A DNA stretch of 64,000 nt from an uncultured Planctomycetota bacterium (GTDB taxonomy: Bacteria > Planctomycetota > Planctomycetia > Isosphaerales > Isosphaeraceae). Numbering within the stretch: position 1 is the stretch's first letter; each line of letters starts with the position of its first letter. The notes beneath the pieces are model-generated. The model was given only the letters and a program-made list of their open reading frames with translations, had not been told where the DNA came from and did not search any database. This document shows, piece by piece, positions 1-10,372 of the stretch. The DNA lies in NCBI GenBank assembly GCA_963823665.1, contig CAWGMQ010000010.1, positions 2,304,001 through 2,368,000 on the forward strand, given 5' to 3'. Position numbers and translations under genes: made by a program.

Positions 1-273
1 ACTGGTGCGTCGCTTTATCCCGTGGATGACGACGGAGTGGGTTATCCGCGAGTGGAGAGCGGCCCGGGGATGATCCTGGGACACGCCGGCGGTAGTCTCG
101 GCCCGGGCGACCCGAACGGCGAAGTCAACCAGTTCTACAGCCGGCATCCCGGCGGCGTGAACTTCCTTTTTGCCGACGGTCACGTCTCGTTCCTCAAGAC
201 GTCGATGCCCAACCTGACCTTCCGCGCCCTCGCCACGCGGGCGGGCGGCGAGATGATCTCCGGAGATTATTGA
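1..273 (+). CDS. DUF1559 (prepilin-type, H-X9-DG) protein, C-terminal part; gene starts before the window
   Basis: Ends FYSRHPGGVNFLFADGHVSFLK...ALATRAGGEMISGDY, the H-X9-DG C-terminus of planctomycete DUF1559 proteins. Confidence 0.9.
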   Translation, partial: TGASLYPVDDDGVGYPRVESGPGMILGHAGGSLGPGDPNGEVNQFYSRHPGGVNFLFADGHVSFLKTSMPNLTFRALATRAGGEMISGDY

Positions 274-275
274 TC

Positions 276-548
276 ATGCGCCATGTCCAGATCGGTGTCT
301 TGATGCTGATTTTCACCGCCGGCTGCGCAGGTTCTCCGCCGAAGAGCGACCCGGTCATCCCCATCGACGAGGTGCCGCCAATCGTCATGGAGACTGCCAA
401 GAAGACTCTCCCGGGCTACACGTTCGACACCGTCTACAAGATGAAGGTCAACGGCAAGGATGCCTACGAGGTTCGCGGCAAGGACAATCGAGGCAAGGTC
501 CGTGAAGTCGAGGTGAGTGCCGACGGCGAGGTGCTCGAGATCGAGTAA
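276..548 (+). CDS. Small lipoprotein with PepSY/BLIP-like domain
   Basis: Signal peptide with lipobox (LIFTAG-C); YEVRGKDNRGKVREVEVSADGEVLEIE is PepSY-like; starts 2 bp after the DUF1559 stop. Confidence 0.75.
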   Translation: MRHVQIGVLMLIFTAGCAGSPPKSDPVIPIDEVPPIVMETAKKTLPGYTFDTVYKMKVNGKDAYEVRGKDNRGKVREVEVSADGEVLEIE

Positions 549-681
549 GCCAGTCCCGGCAGAGCTAGTCACCATTCCATCATGATGTTAGAATCAGTCG
601 GCCAGGGGTGACCTGGTAAGGAAGGCATCAAACGAACGACAGATTGCTTCACGGTTGAGCGGGGCTCTGCGGAGGAACGGG

Positions 682-2352
682 ATGCAGCTCAGGCAAGGAC
701 GCCAGGGGTCGGGGTTTCGTTTGCGGCGCCTGGCCGCCCTTCCCGAACCCGCTTCGACAACGGAACTGGCTTCGATCTCCGGCTCGCCGCTTTCGCGCCG
801 GGAGCTCGCCCTGGGAACCCTGGTCTTCCTCGGGTTCTTCACGCTGTTTCTGCTCAAAGCACCCGGCGTGGGGTTTTACTTCACCAGCTCCGACCACGGG
901 TTTCAGCTCAGCGTCGGCACGCAGGTGTTACTCGGCAGAGTGCCCGGCACCGACGTCGTCATCGGCTATGGACCGCTCGTGATGTACACGAGCGCGCTCG
1001 GGCTCTGGCTGACCAGTTACTCGTTGATCGGTGAGACAATCATCTGTTCGATCGGGCACGCGTTTTCGCTCTTCCTGATCTATCATCTTGTTTCGCGCTA
1101 CGCGTCGAAGCGCCTGGGGCTCGTTGCGGCGGGATTTGGCTTCTTACTTCAGATCCGTCTCTACAAGTGGTACGTCTGGCTGATTCCACTGGCCGTGCTC
1201 TGGGTCTGGCATCGTTTCTTGAATGCCCGGCCCCAGCAGCGAGGGCGCTGGATCGCCGCGACCGGATCGATCCTGGGCGCATGCTGGCTCTACCGGCCCG
1301 ATTTCGGGACGACCGAGACGGCGGTCGTTGTCGTTCTCCTGGGCCTCTTCGAGGCCTGCAAACCTGGGCGAACCGCAGGCCGCGTGGTCAAAGCGCTGGG
1401 GATTCTCATCGCGTCCGCTTCGGTGCTTCCTCTGGCATGGCTCGGCTACCTGGCCTTGGACGTTGGCTTGGGTGCTCCGTTTACATACCTTGAGACCACG
1501 GTGACGGCAGCCCTGGCGGTTTCGCGAGGACTCGCGCATCCGCCTCCGCCGATCCGGAGCGTCTTGCTGGCGCACGCGCTGCTCCCGGCAACGTACCTCT
1601 TCGTCGTGGGTGCCTGCTTGCTCCGTATCAAGAAAGGCTTGCGCGATGCATTTTCCTGGTTCTTGCTCGCTTCCGCCATGGCTGGACTCGCGTGCGAGCA
1701 CCAATCCCTGCATCGCATGGACCCGGGCCACCTTTTGCAGGTGCTCTCGCCGGCGATCGTCTGTGCTGGGCTGCTGGCATCGTGGATGATCCGAGGGCTC
1801 GACGGTCTGGTGCAGAGCGGGCGGCTCAGGCTCTGCGCACGCTGGGCCGGTGTGGGTTACGCGCTCGTCCTGGCATTGCTCGGCATGAAGCTCGCGCGGT
1901 TTGGTCAGGTTGATCTCGACCCATTCTCATTCTGGCCGTACGAGCGGTACGCTCGCCTGGCGAGCCCCCTGAGCGACGCCGCGACTGACCCGCGAGCGGC
2001 CGCGGCGGCCTTTGTTGCACGGCAGACCAGCACTTCCGACTCGATCCTGGTTTTCCCACTGAACCCGCAGTTCTACTCCTTTGCGCAGCGGCGGATCAGC
2101 GGGCGGCTGCACGCGTATTATCCTGGGGTCCTGGACACGCCGCGGTGTCAAGCCGACAACCTGGCGGCGATCCAAGCCGATATGCCCACGGTGGTGATTG
2201 TCCCTTCCGACTGGGACAGTACCCAGGAGGGTGTCGGTGACGAACTCGTGCGCGACTGCCGGAGATCTCACGCATACGTCGAACACTTCATTCGCCAGAA
2301 TTATCCGCGCGTCGTGCTCAACAGCGGCGGAAACATGGTACTGAGCCGCTGA
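682..2352 (+). CDS. Polytopic membrane protein, probable GT-C (ArnT/PMT-like) glycosyltransferase
   Basis: GGAGGA at 671-676 before ATG 682; many hydrophobic segments; SSDHG and YGPL in the first loop; soluble C-terminal domain; glycan-locus context. Confidence 0.6.
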   Translation: MQLRQGRQGSGFRLRRLAALPEPASTTELASISGSPLSRRELALGTLVFLGFFTLFLLKAPGVGFYFTSSDHGFQLSVGTQVLLGRVPGTDVVIGYGPLVMYTSALGLWLTSYSLIGETIICSIGHAFSLFLIYHLVSRYASKRLGLVAAGFGFLLQIRLYKWYVWLIPLAVLWVWHRFLNARPQQRGRWIAATGSILGACWLYRPDFGTTETAVVVVLLGLFEACKPGRTAGRVVKALGILIASASVLPLAWLGYLALDVGLGAPFTYLETTVTAALAVSRGLAHPPPPIRSVLLAHALLPATYLFVVGACLLRIKKGLRDAFSWFLLASAMAGLACEHQSLHRMDPGHLLQVLSPAIVCAGLLASWMIRGLDGLVQSGRLRLCARWAGVGYALVLALLGMKLARFGQVDLDPFSFWPYERYARLASPLSDAATDPRAAAAAFVARQTSTSDSILVFPLNPQFYSFAQRRISGRLHAYYPGVLDTPRCQADNLAAIQADMPTVVIVPSDWDSTQEGVGDELVRDCRRSHAYVEHFIRQNYPRVVLNSGGNMVLSR

Positions 2353-2492
2353 TTCCTGCGTGATCTCAAGCTCACGATGTGTAGTTTGAATCGGGACGCT
2401 CGACCGAACGTCGCGTGGGTATGGCGGCCGGTCGACTGGCACGCACAGCGGGCGATTGAGCCGGGTCGGCGCGGGTAACCCGGCGATGCGAG

Positions 2493-3479
2493 TCAGCCGA
2501 GGTCGCGGCTTGGCCATCGTCCGTCCCGATGCGCTCGATCGTCGCCGGAGCCACGCTGCCGGACGCTTCTCACGGTGTATTGGGGCTTGCGGTTCACATT
2601 GAGATGCAGCCGGCCGAGATACTCGCCGATCATGCCGAGGGCCAGCAGTTGCGTGCCGCCAACCACCAGGATCGCGATGATTGTTGATGCATACCCCGGC
2701 ACGCTGATGCGGGAGCGAAGGAACTCGAAGAGATAGAACAAGGCCGCGCAGAACCCGCTGGCGGAAAGCGCCAGGCCGAACCACGAGACGATTCGCAGCG
2801 GCAACAGGGTGAAGTTCGTGAACAAGTTGAGCGCCAGAATGATCAGCTTGGCGACGTTGTACCCGGAGCGCCCCGCCGCCCGCGTGTGATGCTCCACCTG
2901 CACCTGGCCGATGCGCTGCGTATTCCACGCAAGCAGCCCGTCGACGAAAGTGAAGTTCCAGTCGTAGGAAAGGATGCTCAGCAAGAGCGGCCGGTGAATT
3001 GCGCGGAATGACGTGATGGTCACATCGTTCTGGAAAGTGAATCGGTAGAACGCGCCGACCAGCGCCGAGCCGGCGTTCCTCCAGGCGCTGTGGCGTTTGG
3101 ACGAGTAGACGCCGTAGACCAGATCAAACCTGCCGGTGCGGATCTTCTCGATGAGCTTGGGAATCTCCTCGGGCGGGTTCTGCAGGTCGTCGTCGAGCGT
3201 GATGATAAATTCGCCTCCGGCGTGGCGAAACCCGCACATGAGGGCGTTGTGCTGCCCGTAGTTGCGCATGAGCTGGATCACGACGACTCGATCCGGGTTG
3301 GCCGCCTGGAGGTCGAGGAGCAACCGGAAGGATCCGTCTCCGCCGCCGTCTTCGACGAACACCAGCTCGTAAGGCAGACCAGTCGCTTCGAGCGTGCGCG
3401 ATAGACGCTCCACGAGCGCAGGCAGCGACGCTTCAGATCGATAGACCGGCACAACCACCGAGACTAAAGCTCTGGACAT
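2493..3479 (-). CDS. GT2 polyprenyl-phosphate glycosyltransferase (ArnC/GtrB-like)
   Basis: VSVVVPVY, EDGGGDGS, RNYGQHNALMCG, TLDDDLQNPPEEIP, two C-terminal TM helices, GMIGEYLGR. Confidence 0.9.
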   Translation of the reverse strand: MSRALVSVVVPVYRSEASLPALVERLSRTLEATGLPYELVFVEDGGGDGSFRLLLDLQAANPDRVVVIQLMRNYGQHNALMCGFRHAGGEFIITLDDDLQNPPEEIPKLIEKIRTGRFDLVYGVYSSKRHSAWRNAGSALVGAFYRFTFQNDVTITSFRAIHRPLLLSILSYDWNFTFVDGLLAWNTQRIGQVQVEHHTRAAGRSGYNVAKLIILALNLFTNFTLLPLRIVSWFGLALSASGFCAALFYLFEFLRSRISVPGYASTIIAILVVGGTQLLALGMIGEYLGRLHLNVNRKPQYTVRSVRQRGSGDDRAHRDGRWPSRDLG

Positions 3480-3541
3480 CGACGACTCCGTCACGAGATC
3501 CGCTCGAGCCCGCCCTGGATCTCGCGCTCTCGAGGATCCGC

Positions 3542-4771
3542 CTAGGCCGCGAGAATGTGGGCGCCCTTCGTATGCTTCTGAAGGTAATGGCGGATCTCTT
3601 TGACAACTCGAGTCTGCTCTTCCTCCGTGATCGCATGAAAGAGCGGCAGTCGCAGCAGGCGACGGCTCAAGTCTTCGGTCACGGGGAGATCGCCCTCGCG
3701 GTAGCCATAACGCCGACCCATCGGCGAGGAATGCAGGGGCACATAATGAAACACGGCCAGGATCTCCTCGGAGAGGAGATGCTCGATCAAGGCATCGCGC
3801 ACTGCCTGGCAGGCGACGATGATGTAAAAGAGATGGTGATTGCTGTGGCAGTCCGCCGGCACATACGGCAGACGCAACAGCCCTTGCGCTTCCAGCGGAG
3901 CAAGCTGCTCTCGATAGAACTCGAATCGCCGCCGCCGCACCTCGGTGATTTCGTCCATCATCTCCAGTTGTGCATACAGGAACGCCGAGCAGATCTCACT
4001 GGGGACGTAGCTCGAGCCGATATCGACCCAGGTGTACTTGTCGACCTGGCCGCGATAGAACTGCTTGCGATTGGTGCCCTTGTCGCGGAGGATCTCCGCT
4101 CGTTCGAGCAAGCCGGGATCGTTGACACAAAGCGCGCCGCCCTCGCCGCAGATGAAGTTCTTCGTTTCGTGGAAGCTGAAGGCGCCCAGGTCGCCGATCG
4201 ATCCCAGTGCACGGCCGTTTTGAAAAGCATTGACTCCTTGAGCGGCGTCCTCGATGACCTTGAGTCCACGGTCGCGTGCAATCTCCATGATGCGATCCAT
4301 CCGGCATCCGATTCCGGCGTAGTGCACGGGCAGGATGGCCTTGGTGCGCGGGGTGATCGCCGATTCGATCTTCGTTTCGTCGATATTAAGTGATTCGCGG
4401 CGGATGTCGACGAAGACGGGGCGGGCCCCCAGGCGCGCGACGGCATTGGCGGTCGAGACAAAGGTGAACGACGGCAGGATCGCTTCATCCCCCGGCCCCA
4501 GGCCCGCGAGGATCGCGGCGGTTTCGAGCGCCGCGGTACATGACGGAGTCAACAAGACATGAGGAATCCCGAATTGTCGCTCGAGCAGTTGGGCGCACGC
4601 CTTCGTGAAATATCCGTCGCCGCCGATATTCCCCTTGGTCACGGCCTCGGCAATGTATTCAAGCTCTCTACCGACAATGAACGGCTTGTTGAACGGGATC
4701 GACCGTGAAGCGCCGCGATCTTCGCCTCGCGTGTGCTCGGCGGTCCGATCATGAGCGGACATGACGCTCAC
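3542..4771 (-). CDS. wecE: dTDP-4-amino-4,6-dideoxygalactose transaminase (DegT family)
   Basis: IPFNKP, TPSCTAALE, EDAAQG, FSFHETKN, GEGG, DKGTNR, VDKYTWVDIGSSY, AVFHYVPLH are typical RffA/WecE motifs. Confidence 0.92.
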   Translation of the reverse strand: MSVMSAHDRTAEHTRGEDRGASRSIPFNKPFIVGRELEYIAEAVTKGNIGGDGYFTKACAQLLERQFGIPHVLLTPSCTAALETAAILAGLGPGDEAILPSFTFVSTANAVARLGARPVFVDIRRESLNIDETKIESAITPRTKAILPVHYAGIGCRMDRIMEIARDRGLKVIEDAAQGVNAFQNGRALGSIGDLGAFSFHETKNFICGEGGALCVNDPGLLERAEILRDKGTNRKQFYRGQVDKYTWVDIGSSYVPSEICSAFLYAQLEMMDEITEVRRRRFEFYREQLAPLEAQGLLRLPYVPADCHSNHHLFYIIVACQAVRDALIEHLLSEEILAVFHYVPLHSSPMGRRYGYREGDLPVTEDLSRRLLRLPLFHAITEEEQTRVVKEIRHYLQKHTKGAHILAA

Positions 4772-5217
4772 CCCGCATTCTCTGGAGCCGGCCGGCTTGA
4801 GCGGCCCTTCTGTCAGGCAGTCGGCGGTCGATTGCTCTGTCTGTCGCGGTCCTGACTCAGAAACCCGGCAGCGGCAATCCCACTCCCGGGATGCGCCACA
4901 TCATCACGCCGGGTGGGGCGACATCCTAGATCGGTGCATCAATTCGGTCAACCCGCATAACCTTCCGGACCCTCCATCACGGCATCCAAACCGAGGGCAC
5001 AGCCGACAACCGCGGCACAGCCGGATTCAACCCGCGCCGAGCCCGGGTTGATGCCGCCGTCGCTACCCGATGAAACGCGGCGTCCCTGCGACATCCGCTC
5101 AAGCCATCCTGAACCGTAAAGAATCGTCAAATCCAGGTTTTCCTGGCTGCTCTAAGTTCCGAATTACGATAATATTTCGAACACTCACTCCTACCTAATC
5201 TTCAGGAAGTTTGCTCG

Positions 5218-6453
5218 GTGGGGCAGATGAGCATGGAGGATCGCGAGCGCACCCTGGTTGTTTTGCTTTCGATGCACCGCTGCGGCTCGAGCCTGACGAC
5301 CCAGGTCTTGCAGCGGCTGGGGATGTCGCTCGGACCGTTTGAATTGATTGGCGCCGAGCCGACCAATCCCTATGGTCACTTCGAGGCGGTGCCGTTCCAC
5401 AGCTTGAATCGGCGCGTCCAGAGCTTGGCGTTTGGATTCCCTGATGACTTGCCCGATTCGCCAGAGGTGCTCGAGCGGTTTATCGGGACGAAAGGTCACT
5501 GGGATCCCGACATCTACATCCCGGATGAGTTCCTGGCCGAAGGTCGCTCGCTCATCCGCACGCTGATCGACTCGGGAGAAGTGTCGGGTTTCAAGGACCC
5601 GCGCACGGTGCTCACCTGGCCCTTCTGGGAGCAGGTGCTCGCGAGTTTTCCGGATGTGCGAGTTATTCCGCTCGGGCTGATCCGCTCTCCGCATGAGATC
5701 GCCATGAGCCTCGTCGCGCGGCGAGGCGGGTGGCTGGGCTACTGGTCTTCCCTGGACGTGATCGCCGTGCATTTTCGGCGTCAGCGGCAGATTCTTGAGA
5801 TCCGCGAAGACCGAATTCCTTCGTTGTGCTTCGGCAACCCGGCTTATCTACAAACACTGGAACTGGCTGCCAAGAAAGCTGGGTTGCCCTGGAGCGCGGC
5901 GGCCGTGCTCGAGCAATTTGACAGCTCGGCCGTCCATCAATTGCCGGCAGCGGTGGCGCATGACGCCCAGGAATTGTTCGAGGCGATCTGCGGTGACGTC
6001 GCAGCGGCCTGCGACGCCGATACCAGCCGGGCACGTCTGGAAAAGGATGCCCGGTACCTGGAGGGCCTCCGGCTCGATCAGTGGAAGAGCAGCAAGCTGA
6101 AAGACTCGGCAGAGCGCCTGGACAGCTTCCGGCTCTCCGCGCGAGTGACTGATCTCGAGAGGGAGCTAGCCGAGGCCCGCAACCAACTGACAGTGGCCGC
6201 GATTGCCCGTAGTGACGTTCAGTCACGACTAAACGACGTTCAGTCGCAATTTAGCGACCTTCAGTCGCGATTAATCGAGGCGCAGCACCACGAGCTAGAG
6301 ACACTGCGCGAGATGAGCCAGTTGTGCGACCGCCTGGCGCGGTTCGAAGGGCATCCGATCCTGGGGATTGTCCTCCGTGGCCGGAGGCGCCTCAAGCGGC
6401 TGATTCATTCCACTCGCGAGGCGACGCCTGCCGAGCGCAATGGCTTTCATTAA
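5218..6453 (+). CDS. Sulfotransferase-family protein with C-terminal coiled coil
   Basis: MHRCGSSL (5'-PAPS-binding-like), NPYGHFE, GFKDPR, RSPHEIAMSL (3'-PB-like); heptad region then a basic amphipathic tail. Confidence 0.8.
   Translation: MGQMSMEDRERTLVVLLSMHRCGSSLTTQVLQRLGMSLGPFELIGAEPTNPYGHFEAVPFHSLNRRVQSLAFGFPDDLPDSPEVLERFIGTKGHWDPDIYIPDEFLAEGRSLIRTLIDSGEVSGFKDPRTVLTWPFWEQVLASFPDVRVIPLGLIRSPHEIAMSLVARRGGWLGYWSSLDVIAVHFRRQRQILEIREDRIPSLCFGNPAYLQTLELAAKKAGLPWSAAAVLEQFDSSAVHQLPAAVAHDAQELFEAICGDVAAACDADTSRARLEKDARYLEGLRLDQWKSSKLKDSAERLDSFRLSARVTDLERELAEARNQLTVAAIARSDVQSRLNDVQSQFSDLQSRLIEAQHHELETLREMSQLCDRLARFEGHPILGIVLRGRRRLKRLIHSTREATPAERNGFH
6211..6273 (+). repeat. Three tandem 21-nt (heptad) repeats inside the sulfotransferase coiled coil
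   Basis: agtgacgttcagtcacgacta / aacgacgttcagtcgcaattt / agcgaccttcagtcgcgatta = SDVQSRL NDVQSQF SDLQSRL. Confidence 0.8.
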
Positions 6454-7551
6454 GCGAAGCGCTCGCCAGGATCGAGACAATTCGATGAGCGGCCTGCCCG
6501 TCACCGTACGGGCTCTTGCCACAGGCCATCGAGCGGTATGCAGCCGGATCGCAGAGCAGCCGTGAGCATTCCTCCACGATCACCGCCGTGTCATGGCCGA
6601 CCAGCCGCGCCACACCCAGCTCGATCGCTTCCGGTCGCTCGCTTTCGTTGCGCAGCACGAGCACAGGCTTGCCCAGCGCGGGCGCCTCTTCCTGCACGCC
6701 GCCTGAATCCGTGAGCACGAGAGCGGCCATCTTCATCGCCGAGACGAACGGGCCGTACTGCATAGGCTCGCACAGATGCACGCGCGGAAAAGCGGCCATC
6801 AAGCGGGGAACCACCGTCTTCACCGCGGGGTTGGGGTGCACCGGCCAGAGGAATTCGACCTCCGGATGCCGCTTGTGAAGCAGGCCAATTGCCGCACAGA
6901 TCCGCTCGAGCGGACCGCCGAATGAATCACGGCGATGCACCGTCACGAGCACCAGCCGCTTGCGTGGATCGAGCCGCACACCGATCGGTCGGTCGCGCTG
7001 CGAGGTGGAGAGGAGTGCATCGATCACGGTGTTGCCGGTCACGTGAATCGTGGCCGGGTTGATTCCTTCCTTGAGCAAGTTCTCTCGTGCAAGAGCTGTC
7101 GGAGCGAAGTGAATCGACGCGAGGTGCGACGCCACGACACGGTTCGCCTCCTCGGGAAAAGGGCGCAGGAGATCTCCGCTGCGCAGACCGGCTTCCATGT
7201 GGGCGAAGGGGATCTCGAGCCGGGATGAGGCAAGGGCCGCGGCCAGCACGCTGGTGGTATCGCCCTGGGCGAGCACCACGTCGGGGCGCTCGTGAGCGAG
7301 CGAGCGCATGCAAGCTCTCGCACCAGATGAGCCGCCAGGCGATCCGGCGGCAATGCGAGCTTCATCACCGCCAGGTCAATGTCTGGCTCGATACCGTTGC
7401 CGGCGAGCACGCTTTGCACCAGCTCGCAATGCTGCCCGGTCAGAAGGACTCGGGGGCGAGCCCACGAAGCCTGACGCAGAGCCAGCACGACCGGGGCCAT
7501 CTTGATCGCCTCGGGTCGAGTGCCGATCGTGCACACGATGGTCTTCATCAT
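6392..7551 (-). CDS. wecB: UDP-N-acetylglucosamine 2-epimerase (non-hydrolysing); frameshift near 7310
   Basis: GTRPEAIKMAP and TGQH in one frame; QGDTTS, HMEAGLRS, PFPEEANR, TDSGGVQEEAP, ERPE, PYGDG in the next frame. Confidence 0.92.
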
Positions 7552-7565
7552 CGGCAGGGTATCCT

Positions 7566-8695
7566 TCACGCCGGCTTCGACCAGCGCCGCCATGCCGAAC
7601 GGGCCGAGCGGGCCAGCGAAAGTGCCCTGGGAGGAGCTGATTTCTTGAGCATCCTGACCAGTGGCCGCAACCGCTCGGCCGGGCCGTGAAGCTCGAACCA
7701 GCGCTGGTAAGAGTGACCGCTCGTCGCAAACGGGTCCGGAAAGTGGATCGCCAGATCGTCGCGGCTCCGATAGACCAGCCGGTGCGCATCCGTGATTCGC
7801 CGGCCGCTCTGGAATGAGTTAAAGACGCAGTCGATGGCACCCAGCGTTTCCTGGCCAAGCTCCCGGCACCGCGCGATGTACCAGTCGCGCAAATCGTACA
7901 GTACGGGGCTCTGCGACCCGTAGCGATCGAGCATGCGCGCTGCGCCCCGGAGTCAAAGCCCGAGAAGTGGTAGAACACAAGGGGCCGGTCATTGATCCGG
8001 ATCTCGTAAGGAGCCGTGCCTGTGGCCCGCCGATGAGTGAGGTTCCATGTCGCGACGTTAAATTCGGGCTCGCGCACGATCGCGATGTCGTCGAAATACG
8101 CTGGCGCCAGGTCGACCCAGCGCTGGTCGGTGAAGAGGCCGCTCTTGACATCGTCGTAGCAGAACTGTCTGAGCCGGTCGGCCCACCAGTCGATGAACCT
8201 GCGCCCTTGGGAGCTAACCCGAACCGCCAGGAACCCCAGGTTGTAGATTCCGTGCCGCAGGGCGCAGAGCTCGTTGTCAAGGATCGCCTGGTGAAGAGTC
8301 TCGGGCTCGGCCAGGTGCGGCGTGAGCAGGATGCTGCTCGAGTCGAGCTTTCGCTCGAGCGCATCGAGCCGGCCCAGCACCACGATGTCGGGATCGAAGT
8401 AATAGATGCGCTCGGCACCGAAACGGTCAGCGATGTGCTGGAACGCGGTTCCCTTCACGGCCGTGCACAGCTCCACCAGCCGGTGCTTGAAAATCCAGGA
8501 CGGCAGGTTGTCGATCGGCAGGTCCTTGATGTTGATGATGCTGTCGAAGGCGCCGGTTGTGATGCTCGGGCACGGCGGCAGCTCGTCGCAGAGCACGACG
8601 TGAAAGACCGCCTCGGGGTGAAGACGCTTCACGGAAATAGCCAGCGCCGCCGCCTTGGGCAGGTAGTTGGCGGTGATGCTAGTGAAAATGTGCAT
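7566..8695 (-). CDS. GT-A fold (GT8-like) glycosyltransferase, copy 1; frameshift near 7940
   Basis: MHIFTSITANYLPKA, ELCTAVKG, YFDPDI, YNLGF, DQRW, FYHFSG; C-terminus in another frame matches the intact paralogue at 24303-25439; RBS GGAGG. Confidence 0.85.
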
Positions 8696-10112
8696 GTCGC
8701 CTCCGTGAGACGCCCAGCGGGCTTGGACGTTGCGAGTGGAGCTCGTGAGCGCAAGCGCCGCGGGTGCGGCGCTCGTCGTCCTCTGCAAATTCGTAATAGG
8801 ATGTGAGCGTATCCGGATAATACGCCGGTGTCGGCGCCGGAGGCGGACTGCCGGCCCCGGAGAGCCAGTGCGCGGCAGCCAGGAGCTCGTCGTTGATCTG
8901 GCCGGGAGAAAGCTCGATCTGGAGCGGCCGGCCCCAGCCCCAGTTTCGCACTCGGAGAGCCTGGGCCCCCAGATCGAAGCAGATGACGAACAGTCCCGCG
9001 GCCATTGCGATCGAAAGAGTGTACATGTACGATTCCGGGCACTCGGACGGGAGGAAGGCCAGGTGGGGGCGCCGGGAGGCAAGGAGATCGAAAACGTCGT
9101 GCTCGCGGTAGCCTCCGGTGATGTGCACGTTGCCCAGGCGCAGAAGCGCGGCGTCACGGTCGCTGGAGCCGATCAGGTGAAACTCGAGCGGCAGCCCGCG
9201 CAGGCGGGCGTCGGAAGCGCACGCGAGGAGGCGCTCCGAGCCTTTGACCGCGACCAGCGTGCCGATCAAGGCCACTCGAATGGCTTCGTCGCCGCGAAGG
9301 GGTCGCGCGACCTCTTGGACGATCGTGAGTGATTCCTCGTGCGGCCGGAGCGTCAATTCGAGGCCGGGGAAATAGCGGCCGAGCCGGCTCGCGACATCCG
9401 TGCTGGGCACAAACACCCGCCGGGCCCCCGCGAGCCGCCGTGCGTAACGCTCACGCCACGAGGCGATCGACTCGGTAACGCGGCGGCCGCAATCGTCGCC
9501 AAGCTGAGCGAGGCACCGGTTGCACCCCGCTTCATCGGGCTCGCCGCAATAGCGGCCGCCCGAGCTGATCAAATTGATGCGCGGGCAGATCGTGTGGTAG
9601 TCGTGAATCGTCCAGTCGTACGAGACGCCGCGCGCGGCCAGGGCGTCGAAGAGAGATTCGGGCAGCCCCAGTGCATGGTGCACGTGCGCATGCACGGGCG
9701 CGATCGCCCCCAGCATCTCCGCGATCGATTCGCGATCGACATTCGACTCGCGGCACCAGAGCGTTTCGCGGCGATCGTCGCGTTCTTCCCAGAGGATCCG
9801 CCCGGCCTGACTGGGGCGCACCACGATCGGCCGCACGCCTTCGTTTTTGAGCGCGTACTCGAGATCGCCGATGTGCCGTTCGGTGCCGCCGCCGCACCGG
9901 TGGTTGATCAAGAGGAAGACCGGTCGATTGTCCGCGACCCAGGGGCGGGTATGGAAGTGCCGCAGGCGCGAGTGCTCGGCCAGCCGAGCTGCGATTTGCG
10001 ACAGCTTTCTGCGCAAGAGCGAACGCGCTCCCTGTCGCTCGAGGGCGGTGAACAAACGCGGGAGCCAGTGCCGCACATTCCGCATCTGGCTCGGAACGCT
10101 TTGAATTCGCAT
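8679..10112 (-). CDS. GT4-like glycosyltransferase, copy 1
   Basis: GGGTERH, HVHH, TIHDYHTICPR, KGSE, PSECPESYMYTLS, DLGAQA; start uncertain. Confidence 0.85.
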   Translation of the reverse strand: MRIQSVPSQMRNVRHWLPRLFTALERQGARSLLRRKLSQIAARLAEHSRLRHFHTRPWVADNRPVFLLINHRCGGGTERHIGDLEYALKNEGVRPIVVRPSQAGRILWEERDDRRETLWCRESNVDRESIAEMLGAIAPVHAHVHHALGLPESLFDALAARGVSYDWTIHDYHTICPRINLISSGGRYCGEPDEAGCNRCLAQLGDDCGRRVTESIASWRERYARRLAGARRVFVPSTDVASRLGRYFPGLELTLRPHEESLTIVQEVARPLRGDEAIRVALIGTLVAVKGSERLLACASDARLRGLPLEFHLIGSSDRDAALLRLGNVHITGGYREHDVFDLLASRRPHLAFLPSECPESYMYTLSIAMAAGLFVICFDLGAQALRVRNWGWGRPLQIELSPGQINDELLAAAHWLSGAGSPPPAPTPAYYPDTLTSYYEFAEDDERRTRGACAHELHSQRPSPLGVSRRRHAHFH

Positions 10113-10372
10113 CCTTTGTCCCCGCCGTCCTTGGTGCGGGACCGGAACCACGAGAAGCGGCGATCCATCCCGCCGCGCAACCTGCACTGGGAGCGGGAGT
10201 TCTAACCTCAAGCGATGGAAGTGTCAATTGTGAATTCGTGCGTGTGTTGCTGCAGACGGCACGAGACTGCACTTGCCGCCTCCGCGTGGACGAGGTTTAA
10301 TCTGCGGTTCCGTCGCTGGATGGATCCGGCGAGTGAACCGGAGCGGTTAACCGGCGTTCAGGATGAAGGCCG

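Noticed and set aside
6472..6482. Half-site of the DUF1016 palindrome (tcgagacaatt) in wecB
   Set aside because: A single 11-bp half-site within coding sequence, compatible with chance
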